A stretch of 64,000 nt of DNA from Octopus bimaculoides. Taxonomy: Eukaryota. The DNA is taken from NCBI RefSeq assembly GCF_001194135.2, contig NC_068982.1, positions 63,152,207-63,216,206 on the forward strand, given 5' to 3'. The position numbers were made by a program, and so were the translations under genes. Below are positions 10,520 through 25,039 of the stretch, in pieces. Every line of letters starts with the position of its first letter. Within the stretch, counting starts at the first letter, position 1. A model generated the notes under the pieces. It was not told where the DNA came from, did no database searches, and saw nothing but the letters and a program-made list of their open reading frames with translations.

Positions 10520-13500
10520 TAAGTTTTATAATATTAACTTGATTGATACTGCGTTTGGATATCTGTAGTTGATAACACACAAAAAAGTAACTTCGGCGGA
10601 AAGAGAACCCAAGAGGAATACAGTTCTATGATGAAATAATGAAGTAAAATCTTTAGTGAGTTGTTTGGAAAATGAAAAAGGTCAGAGTTCACCACAAAAG
10701 GAAATATGAACGCATTGGGTAGACATCGGTGAGCGGGGTTTAAATATGATTAATTTAAAATATCAGTGGCCATTATTGTTAATGTGGAAGAAATAAGGTT
10801 TTCTAATGAGCTTTAACAATCAACTAGATGACTTCTTTGGGGTGGGTTTATATCTGTACCAACAGCACCATCCTATATATACGTACAGTACTCTAAAATC
10901 GGTTTCAACACTTCAAGAATTTTTGCAGTAGTAGCACTAGAGAATCTAAATCGCAGTTCAATGAGGCTACGACCCAGTGGTAACAGCGAAAATTTTGCGC
11001 GAATTGTAAGTTTCTGTTGTGTATGATTTAGGGTGTTTCAGTATGTAGTAGCTACACCAACCCATATGCGAGAGCAGAATGTCAATGTGTTTTGGGTCAG
11101 CAAATGTTTGAGGCTAAAATAATTTCTAATTTTGATGAACTTTAGACTTTGGGATGTGGTTTTAGGAATGTTATACATGTGAAACCGCAGTGAGTGTTAC
11201 TGGTAATAGCAGCGGATTGCATTCTTCGCTTGAATTGTTACGGAGAAGCCATGACAGAATCACGTGGGCATTTTATATTTAATATTGGTTACATAAGAGA
11301 TGCGGAGAGATATGCTTAAAGATGTTTCTATTTACTTTATTGCCTTTGATCAGTCTGAGATGAAACACATTTGATCCTAAAATATTTCGGTATAATTTTG
11401 ACAGAACTCTTGCCTGCCAGCTAACGCGAAGTATGAAAAATAAAGCGTTGCATGAAGAGTCGTGGGAAAATGTAAGTAGTTTTGATTGCAGTAGTACATA
11501 TTAGGGTTTTATATGAAACAGCTATCTAGACAATTAAAAAAAAACAATGAATAACAAATTGAAATCCTAACATTTAATCTCGTGGAAAGCGGGAAAAGAG
11601 ACAAGAGAGAGAGGGAGAGAGAGAGACAGACAGACAAAGAGACAGAGCGACAGACTGACAGGGAGATAGAGAGAGAAAGAGAGAGAGACAGAGAGATAGA
11701 AAGATATAGAAAGTGACAAAAGTGTTAAAAGATACTGAAATTGAATGGGAAAAAAATAAAAGAATCAATCATTTTATTGGAAATGGGGACGTGGGTGAGC
11801 TTTTAAATCCAATATGCTATGTATTTTGTAAGACTTTATACACAAAAGTAGTTTCCTGGATGCTGCTTTCCAGATGGGCATGTAAATTAAATATGACTCT
11901 AGTGGATTTGATAATTTAAACAGCTGTGAAGTCTAATGCACTGAGTTAGTTAACATGTCCAACCGCATGATGAAACACAAGCATTAGATTTAAACTGACG
12001 TCATTTAAATTGACCGACATCTACTTATCTATTCTCTTCTACTAGTGAAGAAAGTTTTCAACGAGGGAATCTAAACGTTGAGGCTCAAACTACAAGAAAT
12101 AGTAAGCAACTCAGCGAACTCTTCTTTCCTCAGATCACATCTTACAATCATCAAAAACAGGAAGATATGTCTGGAAAAAAAATAAAAGAACATAAACAGT
12201 TTGAACGTCTTTGAACATAAACCTGCTCGACCAGGGGTTAAACAGCAGTAATGGCAACCACAGTAACGACCATAATGAAAGAGCAAACATCTAATGGAAG
12301 AAATGGCCGTCTGGACAGAGAGGGTGTGGTGAGGAATGAGAAGTATATGATGGAAAGTAACAATGAGCTTTTGAAACATGTATGTGTATGTGTGTTTAAA
12401 GTGAGTATGTGTGTATGTGTGTATGTGTGTTCGTATGTGTGTATGTGTGTTCGTATGTGTGTATGTGTGTTCGTGCGAAAAAAGGAAGGACAAATTAAAG
12501 AATGAGAACAAAAAATGGGGGAAAAGACATAGAAGAATGAAAAGTGGAGAAAAGAGAATAGAAAGAATCAGAGAAGAAAATTGAGGAAATACAAATGAAA
12601 TAAAGAGAAAATAAAAAAGGAGAAGAAGAAAATAAAAATATAAAACGAAGAGGAAGAAATGGAAGAGAGAGAGAGAGAGAGAGATAAAAAGGGTGGAGGA
12701 TTTTCAATAATATATTGTTACAGACAGAAAGCGAAATTATCCAGGGACATCATTCGCATGGAAAGTTACTGTCTAGTTAGTACCGTCATAAATAATTTTG
12801 CGAGAGAAACATCAATTACTTAATGATACTTTTGCAGTTAACAGAAGACGACATTGAAAGCAATACATAACGTAAGTAATATTTTGGAAAGAAAGGGTGA
12901 TTACTCCGTTAATTGTCTTAACCGAAGACATCTTTCGGTCTTATTAGACTTTATTAGCAAAGCTTAACTTTCACTATATTAATGCACGAAAAGAGCAGCA
13001 TCTAAAGGAAGAAAGAGTTGTGAAATATGTACAAATGGCGTCGTAACGATAGAAAATAACTGAGGAAAAGCTACCCAGAGTCGATATCCGCATGAAAAGG
13101 TGACAAGTTAGAGACATTATAATTAATATAGTGAGGAACTAATACTTCTGCGTCCCATCAAGTTTTCACCTCTAACTTGACCTTCTAAACGAACTGATAA
13201 AATGTTAAATACAGACACTTCCTCTACTTCCAACATAAATTACTTTTTTCATACATTTTGCCGCTGATGACAGAGACTGAGAGAACTTAGCCTGATTGAT
13301 CTTAGATAGCATGAGAAAGTAAAAGATATTGTGCCTCATCTTTACTAGAGTATAAATATAAAAATGGATTATAAGCTATAAATGTAGTCATAGAAATTTC
13401 GAGAAGTATAGAAAGGTAATGTATATGAGAAGATGAAATAGATTAGAATAAAAATAGTGCGTATAGTTAATGAATCAACTGAAAGAAGGTTATATAAAGA

Positions 13501-13879
13501 AGAGAGTACGTTAAATATATGAACTGGCTGACAGAAGTTTATAAAAGGGAGAAGAAATTTAAGAAACTTTTGTAAAGAACAATATAAAAATAGTTTATAA
13601 TTTATGGATCCATATTTAGAATGCTGTCTAAAGGAGAATAGAAAGCGAAGAGTAAAGCTGTTTTTGATTACTGAAGCAACTACCCAGTAAGCATAGAGAT
13701 GTAATGTCAATAATGTTAGTCAAAAAAGTGTCACGATCTGCCTTCCTTTATATGCAAAAAGAAACAAATATCACCAGAACAGTAATTCAAAAGCAGGGGT
13801 TTATGTTCTGGGTCGATACTTTAATTTTCATTTCTCGGAGGGCAATAAAAGAAAACAGCGATAAAATACTTAAGAAAGC

Positions 13880-15070
13880 AATAGGACCGGCACAATGCAA
13901 GATAGCACCACCGAAAACCAAAGCTGGGGAGACCATCACAGACCAGCTGAAGCAAATGGAGAAATGGGTGGAGCATTAATCCGAGTTATACTCCCAAGAT
14001 AGCTCCATTTCGAAAACATCACTGAACAGCTTGGAAAGTTTGCTGGTCATGGACGAACTGGACATACCCCCAACCGTAGAGGAATTAGAAAAAGCACACG
14101 ACTCATTATCAACTGGAAAAGCACCAGGACTAGATGGGATACCAGCTGAAGTTATCTAGTGTTCGAAAGAAGACATCCTGTATCAACTCCACCATATCCT
14201 GCCATTGCTGGGAGGAAGGGGAGATACGTAGTGATTTGAAAGACAGTAAAATTGTCACGTTGAATAAAAACAAAGGAAGCAGGAGTCACTGTGACAGCTG
14301 TAGAAGTATATCGCTGTTCAGTGTCGTCGGGAAGGCATTTGCTCGCGTGACTCTCGACCAAGTTCGGAAACTTGCTGAAAGGATCTACCCAGTTTCTCAA
14401 AGTGGCTTCAGATCGGAACGATCTACGATGGATATGATTTTCTCTCTTATGCAGTTACAAGAGAAGTGCAGGGAACAGAACTAACTGCTCTACATTGCAT
14501 TCGTTGACTTGACGAAGGCGTTCGACATGGTGAGTAGGAATGGGTTATTCCTAGTTCTTGAGAAGATTGGGAGTCCTCCTCGACTGCTCCGCATCCTTCA
14601 GTCTTTCCATTTGTACATGAAGGCCACAGTACAATTCAACGGAAACACCTCAGAATCCTTTGATGTTCGACGTGCGGTAAAACAGGGATGCGTGTTTGCT
14701 CCTACCCTGTTCAACATCTACTTCGCTATCATGCTGAAGTATGCATTTGGTACGCAAAACGACGGCGTTTGCCTCCACACAAGGTCGGACGGTAAACTAT
14801 TCAATCTGTCAAGGCTCAATGCGAAGATCAAAAACTGCAGGGTTTACGTCCGGGAGATGCTGTTTGCCGACGATGCAGCTCTAGTAGCTCATTCAGAACT
14901 GCAACTGCAAACAATGATGGACAATCTCAACCGGGCGTGCAGTGACTTCAGCTTAACAATCAGCCAACAGAAGACCAAGGTAATGAGCCAAGGCATCTCG
15001 GATCCCCTCATCATTACAATCGATAACCACTCACTCGATGTGGTCCGTGAGTTTACGTACCTTGGCTCAA
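13880..15070 (+). mobile_element. RTE-clade LINE reverse transcriptase pseudogene, 3' end cut off by a SINE
   Basis: KAPGLDGIPAE, SISLFSVVGKAFAR, QSGFRSERSTMDMIF, FVDLTKAFD, VKQGCVFAPTLF, LFADD (FADD 14863-14874) and FTYLGS; several stops and a frameshift. Confidence 0.92.
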
Positions 15071-15081
15071 CATATATATAT

Positions 15082-15410
15082 GGTGAAGGCTCAGTGATTA
15101 GATCGTCGAGCTTACGATCGTGAGATTGTGAGTTCGAATCCCGGACCGGGCTGCGTGTTGTGTTCTTGAGCAAGACACTTTATTTCACGTTGCTCCAGTT
15201 CACTCAGCTGTAGAAATAAGTTGCGATGTCACAAGTGCCAAGCTGTATCGGCCTTTACCTTTCCCTTGGATAACACTTGTGGCGTGGAGAGGGGAGGCTG
15301 GTATGCATGGGCGACTGCTGGTCTTCCATAAACAACCTTGCCCGGACTTGTGCCTGGGAGGGTAAATTTCTAGGTGCAATCCCATGGTCAGTCATGACCG
15401 AAAGAGGTCT
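15082..15410 (+). mobile_element. CORE-type tRNA SINE (family C)
   Basis: B box GTTCGAATCC at 15132-15141. TGTGTTCTTGAGCAAGACACTT…CAGTTCACTCAGCTGTAGAAAT resembles the CORE domain. Confidence 0.85.
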
Positions 15411-15420
15411 CAGCATATAT

Positions 15421-15455
<35 letters not shown>

Positions 15456-15969
15456 CACGCACATACACAGATACACACATACACTCTAGCGAAAATGATG
15501 AGATCTTTCATGTGTTCACAAATTTGAAATAAACGTATTAATTCTAGATTAATACAATTATTTAATTATTTATGCAGTCATTCACAATGCCATGAGATCT
15601 CTTTGAGAAAGTGTCTCTTAGTAACACTTTTCACTAATGACCGCAACATAAGAATTCATTTCTTGAAAACATAATAGGATGTTTGTTATATCGAATCTCC
15701 TCCAACTCGGAAATATTTTCGGCAAATTTAAATTGTAAAAGATTTTGCTGTCCAGCTTCAATTATTGATTTCTGTTTACTGAAGTTTCCATAAGGATGAA
15801 AACAAATTAGTCCTGGTTATTTTGATGTATTCTTTGTTGTAGAAAATTACATATGTTCTACTTCTTGTTATGCATCGTTTACATTCTTACACAGAATTAT
15901 ATATATGTGTGTGTGTGTGTGTGTGTATAAGTATACGTATGCATATACATACATACATACACACACACG

Positions 15970-16035
<66 letters not shown>

Positions 16036-16042
16036 CATATAT

Positions 16043-16990
16043 CCCTCTCCCACCCACGCTGCCGCACTTGCCCCTACATCTCCAATACAACCATCCTCAC
16101 AGGCACCCATCATTGTCCCTATCATATTACCGACTCCTTTACCTGCACTTCTAGCAACGTAATTTACTGCATCTCTTGCTTTTTCTGCCATTCTCTGTAC
16201 ATCGTCAAACGTGACGCCGCTGGCTGACCGGTTCGCGGACCACCTTCGAGACGTAAGACTCTCGCTATTTCCGCTCTACCGGTCATTCACTACAACACCT
16301 GTCCACCCGAACTCCCGCCTTCGCCGTGAACTGGAATTAATCTTCTCTCTTCACTCCTTTGCACCATGTGGGCTCAACTCCCCTCCTCTCCTCTCTTCAC
16401 TCCAACCCACCTCTCCTCTCCTCTCATGCTCTGATACCTACTTCCTCTCTTCACTCCTACCCTCCTTCTCGCTTCATTGATACCCCCTCCGCTAACACAC
16501 CCCATCTCTATCCCTACATCTCCACCCCACACCCACATCTTCATTCGCTCCATACCCCCACGCACCCATATCAAACCACCCACACCGCCACACTACATCA
16601 CATTACCCCACACACACTCCACACACCCACACATTATAGACGGAGACACGCACGTACACATTCACGCGTCAAAGTCACTAGCCCCTATGCACACACATAC
16701 TTTCTTACATACAATACGCACGCGCACCTTCGTTTTGGAATCACCAATACTTTATTATCTACCCTTCTTTCTACCTCTCCTGTCAAACCATTTTTTTCCC
16801 AACCAGTCGCCATGATTAATCGCTAAATTCACAAGTTCTTTTATTCTATCTCCGTTTATTTTCTCCTATTCCTTTCTGTTGAAGAGCGCTGGCTCGAAAC
16901 GTCAAAGACTTTCTCACTTCCTGAGCATCAAACTAATACACTTGCTTGTTATTCATGCACCTGTCTTCGTCTTTTGTTTTTCTGTAAATT
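16043..16990 (+). mobile_element. Penelope-like (Neptune-type) element 3' part: Cys-rich linker, GIY-YIG endonuclease remnant and tail
   Basis: HPRCRTCPY…FTCTSSNVIYCISCFFCHSLYI, then frameshifted RLADRFADHLRD…RLRRELELIFSLHSFAPCGLN. Pyrimidine-rich tail with a hammerhead-like motif. Confidence 0.85.
16872..16907 (+). ncRNA. Hammerhead-like motif in Penelope tail (atypical CTGTTGA core)
   Basis: CTTT-CTGTTGA-A-GAGC GCTG GCTC-GAAAC-GTC-AAAG. Stem I has 4 bp and stem II has 4 bp, but A6 is replaced by U. Confidence 0.5.
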
Positions 16991-17659
16991 ACAACTACAC
17001 ACACACACACACACACACACGCACATATATATGTATATATATATATATGTATATATATATGTGTGTATATATGTATTTATATATATCAAGAAGAGGTCAC
17101 ATATACATGTATGTGTGTGTACGCCTTTTCGTGCATTAATAGATATCAACAACTATTGTAGATCAACATTGAAACCATCATCTCAGAAGAAATTATACGT
17201 CTTACATATAATTATGATTTATTGTTGATAAGGTGTACAATGAAGCAAAATTATTAAAATGCATTTCTCTTAAACAGTAATTCTATCGAGTCCAGGTTGA
17301 ATTAATAATGAGTACATGTATAAGACATAATTTGTTATTGAGAAAATGGTTGTGAGTATCAATACAATGGAATTATAAAGCTAAGTACACACTAAGCTAA
17401 ACAAAATAGTAAATAAGTTAAATGGAAGCGGTGAGATAATGAATACATTGGAATATATATAAAAAACGCTACGCAAACGAATAGAATGAGAAATACAATG
17501 AGAAAACAGTGTTAACTTCTTCCTTAGTTACGAAGCTCAGTTTAAAAGAGACTACACTTCAGATAACCCCTTTCTGAAAAAAATCCAGAACAAGTACATC
17601 TTGTCAACCGCTGTCGCTATGTTTGCATAACGTAGCTGTTCTGCAGAAGAGAACGATAG

Positions 17660-17772
17660 AATAAGTACCAGTTTTAAGAAGATAGTACTGGAGTCAAATT
17701 ATTCGACTAAAACCCTTCAAAGCGGTGCCCCAGATGGCTGCAGTCTAATGACTGAAACAAGTAGAAGATATA
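17660..17772 (+). mobile_element. Isolated shared SINE tail (another at ~31200-31320)
   Basis: GATAGAATAAGTACC…TTCGACTAAAA…GCGGTGCCCCAG…GACTGAAACAAG. Confidence 0.7.
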
Positions 17773-19559
17773 AACGATAAAAATATAGAAATACACTTAA
17801 ATGTGTAGACAATAAAACGGTATCTACATATACAGACATATACACACACACACACTCATTACTTGTACATACAGTTTATGCTCATTTGCGGTTGTATGTA
17901 TATAGTACGATGGAGTAATACGAAAAATATTGAATAACCGAAGAGTATAAATTAATTATATATTATAAGGCAATTGCTATGTTGCACATGATATAGATAT
18001 AAAAGCATAAAATAACATGATAAAATAAATGAAATACTACAATATAAATGCACCAAAGTAGAGAATATTAAAGTTCTGATGAATAATTATGATAATCTTA
18101 TTTAGCTAACATCTAATTCAAAATGAATCACATATTAGGATAATTGATTAAGCTAGAACAATGGATTAAATCATGGCAGTCTGGTAAAATATAAAGTAAA
18201 AAATATGGAATTATTGCGTGTAAATGTTACTTAATACTATTAATGTTAAATATGACATAAGCACTTGAAATCTACTTTGCAGGAAAAATGTGCTTGCACA
18301 GTCTTTGCGGGTGTAATATCTGGAAGAGTAATGTAATATATTTGGTATAAGATAAAACAGTAAGATGAATCAGAATGAACAAGAAAATCAATCAACGACT
18401 AATAAGCTGAATGAAATCATCGGTAGGGAGTTACTGCCTGTAAATGCCAATTCAATTTTATATTATTAATATAATATTATTAATAATGTTATTGATATTT
18501 ATAAGTTGATTTAGACAATTTCATGTACACCTGTATATTTCTGTCTAAATGGTTACAAGTATAATGTAATATAAATTCATATAGACATGAAACATTATAG
18601 TAATAACTTTTTCGTTTTGCAAATAATTAAACATACATAAATTTTGAATCGAATTACAGTTTTGTTCTTTGTGCTCTTCTTTTTTCAGCAGGTTTCTATC
18701 AGCCCTTAAAATCTCAAGTGTTTCATGTGTACATCACAATGACAGTCTTCCCCATCTCCTTGTTATGATTCGACTAATTTTATAAAGCTCCATTCCAAAT
18801 CATATTCTCGGCCTTTAGATCTTAAATCAAATGCATGTTCTCCAAGAGAGACTGGGTGCGTTAACTTAGGGTTAGAGAATGAGTGACGATGTTTAGACTA
18901 AGTTATTTCTTTTTAAATAGTTGTTGTAGACGCTAGGTATAATTAGATGCATTTTGTGTTCTTAATGTTCATTTGCAAACAATATTTTAGCACGCTAAGT
19001 TCCCATTTAACAGACAGCTATTAGGTTCACTACAGTTACACCTAAATGTGTTATTCCTATTGTATTAGGCAGGATTCACTAAATTATTAAATAATATCTC
19101 GAAACTTGTTCTTGATTCATACTACTAGGATATAACATTTCTTCAATCAACTATATTAATACTAACATTGTTATAACATGCGATGAAACTATTACAACAG
19201 AAACGATTTTCTATCATAGAGAATTTATTTACACTTCTTAGGAAATCTTGATCACATTTCGTGGCACTTCATGCTTGAACCTAAGTATTCTCAATTACTT
19301 TTATTCATCACTAAATTCCTAAACATTGAATTTAATAGTAGCCCTCTATTGCTCTTATTTGCAATGTGCTTGGTGCTGCTACTATAGAAGCTAGGTTATG
19401 TGTAATAGAGTAGGAAAGTTTTACGTTATAAATGTAGAGATCTACTTGTATATGTGAGGTAAAGTTGTCCTCAGAATTCCCAAAGAATATTGTTGGACCA
19501 AAGGTTTTCCTGTACGAAAGATAGAGAATGAAGGTAGGTAAGGTTTCTCTTTTTGTTTC

Positions 19560-20350
19560 TATTTTGAATTCTAACATTGGTTAAAACATCCATAAGTAAA
19601 GTAGTGATATGCCTTATAATTTATTTTAGTTGAGAATCCTTCAATAAAAGGATGCTATGTCTTCTTTTCCAATCTATAAGAATGGCTTTATCCATCAAGT
19701 AGTAATCCTTCGTATCTTCACTTCTTTGCAACCTTTTGTTCTTCTAGTAGGATGTTTCATTTTCCAAGAAGAAATACATGCTTTCAGACGAAATTCATGT
19801 GAATAATATCCAAAGAATTGGAAGGAAAGAAACAAGGCAGAAATTGTTTACAATTAGGAATTTTGCGGCACGGCATCTTGACCATCCCTTCCGCGATATT
19901 AACTTTGTCTTGGATCTTACGTGTTGACTCTTGTTTTCATTTCATTAAGCCATTATGCATCCGATTTATGTGCCTTTCTTCTACTTCACAATTCGCCCCA
20001 AAATCTCTTACTTTCCTCTGCATTTAGGATTGTCTTCATGTTGGTTTTCATCGTTTAACACTTGATGTAGCTTCTTTTGAACTACCTGGAAAAGTATATT
20101 CTATCTGAACTGTTTCACTCATTGTTCGTACTTCTTGACTTTGTCTACTTTAGCCACCATACTCTGGTTTAATTCTTCAAAAATTTTACCTAATCCCTTG
20201 TTCTTGATTTTGCATTTGCGATCCAGATCTCTGTATTTCCCTGCTTAATTCAACTGTTTTTCTTTTTTTTTTTTTGTCCCACCAACAGCCTGGTATCTCT
20301 TGTGAGTACTTTCATTGAATCTAGGGTTCTTCTTTTCCACCATGGTTTAT
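19560..20350 (-). mobile_element. R4/Dong-like LINE remnant (pre-RT and RT N-terminal region)
   Basis: Broken translation resembling ELKQRMVAKVDKVKKYEQRVKQFR.NILFQ and RKIPN; heavily decayed. Confidence 0.55.
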
Positions 20351-20355
20351 CATTT

Positions 20356-20405
<50 letters not shown>

Positions 20406-20578
20406 CATTATTATCATCATTATTATTATTATTATTATTATTATATGTTTGACTTTTGCTTTGAATTTGTACAAGTTGGCTCCAAGTTTCACCCAGAGAC
20501 CTCAACAGACAACAAGTTAGAAGTTCATCTTGGTGTTATGCCTAGGGTATCATATACTTGGCTTATAATTATTATTGT

Positions 20579-20790
20579 TCAGTAATTTTATTTTTATAAC
20601 GTGCTTTCACTTCACTACCGAGCGCAGCTCTGTGTGCCTTGGGTATGTGCTGTGGTTTGCTGTGGTGCTCTTATGGTTACTGTATTGAAAGCGTTTTGCG
20701 TAGGATGTGTGCAGTGCCCAGTAGTGCAATTTTCTGTATGTTACATATATATTTGTAAGTCCTGGTGTTTTTGTTATGTATTTGTCTGAA
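20579..20790 (-). mobile_element. R4/Dong-like 3' end (copy B)
   Basis: Direct repeat of 20922-21130; encodes the terminal residues plus the 3' UTR. Confidence 0.8.
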
Positions 20791-20808
20791 TATTTTTTAA
20801 ATTATACC

Positions 20809-21296
<488 letters not shown>

Positions 21297-21327
21297 TATC
21301 ATCATCATCATCATCATCATTAATATT

Positions 21328-21545
21328 AAGGTGTCAAGCTGTCAGAATCGTTATCATGCTGGGCGAAATCATTAGCATGCTGGGTATGTCGTTTGTTGCT
21401 GCGCCCTGATTCCCAATTCCACCGAGCTCAACTTTGCCTTTCACCCTTTCGGATCGATAAATTAAGTACCAGTGAAACTCTTTGGTTGATATAATCGACT
21501 AGTCCCCTCCCACCACATTGCAGGCCTCGTGCCTTTCATAGCAGG
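21328..21545 (+). mobile_element. SINE family A
   Basis: CTGTCAGAATCGTT…TCGGATCGATAAATTAAGTACCAG. Confidence 0.75.
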
Positions 21546-21552
21546 ATTATTA

Positions 21553-21599
<47 letters not shown>

Positions 21600-21819
21600 T
21601 GACATTTGGTAGTTTGCTCAGGTGCTCTCTTTGTTGGTGTTGGGAAAGTATAGACATTTCCCATTAGTGTTTGCCTTGTATGTTGTGTGCGTAATGCGAT
21701 TTATGTTTTTCTGCTGGTTGTCCTACCTGTAGAGTACATGTATTTTTTTTAGATATTTACTGTATAGAGTGTACCTTGTGCTTGTGGATTATTTTATTCG
21801 GTTTGTGCTATTGAAGGGA

Positions 21820-23300
21820 TGGTAAACTCGGCATTCTGAGCAACTTGTGGTGGCTTGTGTTCCCAGCAAGTCTTTTTGTGAGGGAGGCTGTATATGCAGC
21901 AATTTATGTACTGAGCTGCCCTGTCCTCTGCCATACTTTTACAAGTATTCTGTTGGTGCTAGTCTGCTGCATCAAGACATTATGTGATCGATTGTCTCTG
22001 GGAGCTCTCCGCATAAGCGGCATGATGAGTCATTTTCATATTTCAGGACATTACTCTGGTAATCCTTGTTGGAAAGGACTGATCCTAAGCATCAATGATA
22101 TACCCTTCAGTTTCCGGTTTCAGACCGGAGGAGCATGAGAACCACTGATGTGTAAGGGCTTAATGAACATCATGGTCCCTGATTCAAGTCGGGTATTTAC
22201 CATGTAGCGACCATTGTTCCAATTTCTTCTTAATATCTTGGAGGTTGGATTGTTTGGCTACGGTTTTCATTTGTTGTGCCTTGTCTGTTGGGGATATATT
22301 TACTTATGGTAGTGGCGCGTCTAGTTGTATTTCTAGGAGGTATATTTTCGAGTTTTTAGTCACTGAGTGCAACTTCTAGGTATCTTCATGTTTCAGAGTC
22401 AGTTTTAATATCCAGTGGTTTGTTTGTTGCAAGTAGGTAGAAAGGCCCATGGTTGTAATTTTCAATGAAAGTTAGGACTGTATCAACCTCTGACCGCCTT
22501 CTTTTCCCGGAAAGTATGTTTTGTTTGTGTGATGTATATGGTGCATTGTCATCAGCTTTCGTATTCTGACATCAACTTTGTTGATTTCAGAGAGAAACTA
22601 GTTTATAATCTTGAAGCTATATATGATTAAAGGCATGAATACTATTTATGACCCCAATTTTGTTTTTGGCGTTCAACTCGGTTTTCAGAATGGCACTCAC
22701 TCCTTAACTTTTCTTTGGTTAGTGAGCGTTTAATCCTATTTCCTTCACATACATTTAGATACTTGTAATTACCCTGAGGTTCTAATTCTTCTATCTCGGT
22801 GTGTACCAAAGGTGATGTTACATGTGTTTGATTGTTTTCCCTTAGTAAATGTTGCCTTGGCGCATTTGTCAAGCCCAAATTTCATCTTGATGCTATCACT
22901 TAATTGCTTGACTGTGTATTGGAATGCCTGCAGTTATTGGTCATTTTTTTGTGAACAAGTCATCCATGTAGAGATGACAAACTGTTTTTCCATAGGCACT
23001 GTATCCATAATTTGTTTCATTCAAGAGTTTACTAAGAGGAAACCGTGCAAAACAGAGTAACAAAGGAGATAATGAGTATCCTCGAGAGATTCCACAATCA
23101 ATATTGAGTTGTCCGGTGTTTATAGTTGTCGTGTCAATGTTGAAAATTAATGTAGTTTTTCAGAGCTTCGTGATGCGAGATACACACTTTCTCATTACTG
23201 GCGAGAGTTTAAACATCTCCAAGCATTCATTTATCCAACTGTGAGGAAGACTATCAAAGTCCCTTTTGTAGTCTATCTAGGCCACTAAAAGATGCTTTTT
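21820..23300 (-). mobile_element. R4/Dong-like LINE remnant: RT C-terminal half and CCHC knuckle
   Basis: GISRGYSLSPL (~23060-23095), HLYMDDL (~22955-22978), NYKYLNV and RLCGELPETIDHIMS*CSRLAPTEYL; many lesions. Confidence 0.8.
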
Positions 23301-23716
23301 CCTGCTGTGAGAGTTTTCTGAATTCATTCTTTTACTGAACAGTTAATATCTGCATTAACCCCCACCTTTACATATTTTTTGTTCATCAGAGATGATGTTG
23401 CTGATGAGAAAAGCACATGTACATTCCATTAGGAGATATGTAAGGGTATTGTACATTGTTGTAAGGGGTTTTTTGTTTCCTCATTTATTATTATTGCCAT
23501 CATTATCATTATCATCATCATCATCATCATCATCATCATAAAGGCAGCTAGCGTTCCACCTTGATGTTTCTGCATTTTTAACTATTTAGCTACCGTACTT
23601 CACTATTTCATTACGTATTCTCGTAGTTAAAGCTTCAAAATTTACTACATATAATGCACGTTTTACTTAGTCGTTATATCATTATGCATACAGGTTATTT
23701 TCTCGACGCATACACA

Positions 23717-23801
<85 letters not shown>

Positions 23802-23859
23802 ACACACACACTCACACACTCACACACACACACACATATCCATTCAATTTAAACAGGTA

Positions 23860-24165
23860 TTCCTTTGGCTGCAACGAGTGTTACAGTTGATTCGATCGAT
23901 GGAACAGCCTGCACGTGAAATTAACGTGCAAGTGGCTGAGCACTGTACAAACCTGCGTACACGTAACGTAATTCTTAGGGAGATTCAGCGTGACACAGAG
24001 TGTGACAATGCTGGCCCTTTGAAATACAGGTACTGCTCATTTTTGCCATCTGAATGAGGCAGCGTGAAATAAAGTGTCTTTCTCAAGAACACAATGCGCT
24101 GCGGAGAATCGAACTCACTACCTTATGATTGTGAGCCGAATATCCTAACCACAAAGCCACACGCA
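23860..24165 (-). mobile_element. Mosaic SINE: family C head/CORE plus family D tail
   Basis: The 5' half matches 15082-15200 and the 3' half matches 52955-53104. Confidence 0.78.
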
Positions 24166-24532
24166 TTTACATTCAGTTACATATAAAACATTCTCAGAGA
24201 TGAAGGTAGTTATATACACTTGCACATACATAATCGGAATTAATCGAACGACATTAAAGAGAATATCTGTAACCATTTGTTATCTGTACTTTGTATTATT
24301 TATTCAATTTATTTTCGAATTCCATTCATTGGAGTGCGCACAAGCTGTAGCGCTATCTTTATTCCTGTATTCGAGTATATCACTCATGGTTTAATAGTAA
24401 TTTTATTTCTATTTTGAAGGCGTAAGGCAAATTCGTTGGAGTGCAAAGGACCATAACTTGGACGGAACCAATATCACATTGTGTTCTTGTCCAACACACT
24501 GATGCTGTCACACTACCTGGTACATACATACG

Positions 24533-24612
<80 letters not shown>

Positions 24613-25039
24613 TGGGTTACACGAACCAAAGGTAATGTATTATGATTGAACTTGGAGACGCTTACTAACAAAGCGAACTTATTAACTGTACGGCCATGCC
24701 TGAGCCCCTCACAGTCGGATTGGTAAGAAAATGAACAGTGTTTTGGAAACTAAGGCCATAAGTGCGGTTCGTTTATTATTTATTTGCTGTACTAACAATA
24801 ACATCAGTACATTGAAGTAAATAAGAGAATTAAATATTTAGTTATATAGTTGTATCTGTTACGTCTTGTAACGTACACGAACTAGTTTCCGATATTCATA
24901 TGGTTTTTATTGTAATAATAAAGTATGAAGCGGTCAGTTGTAGCTAATTATATTAGTAGTCAATTTACCGTAATATATCGTCCCAGTGATCAAATGATCT
25001 TTTAATTTAATTTTGGTACATAGTCATTTACTTTGTCGT

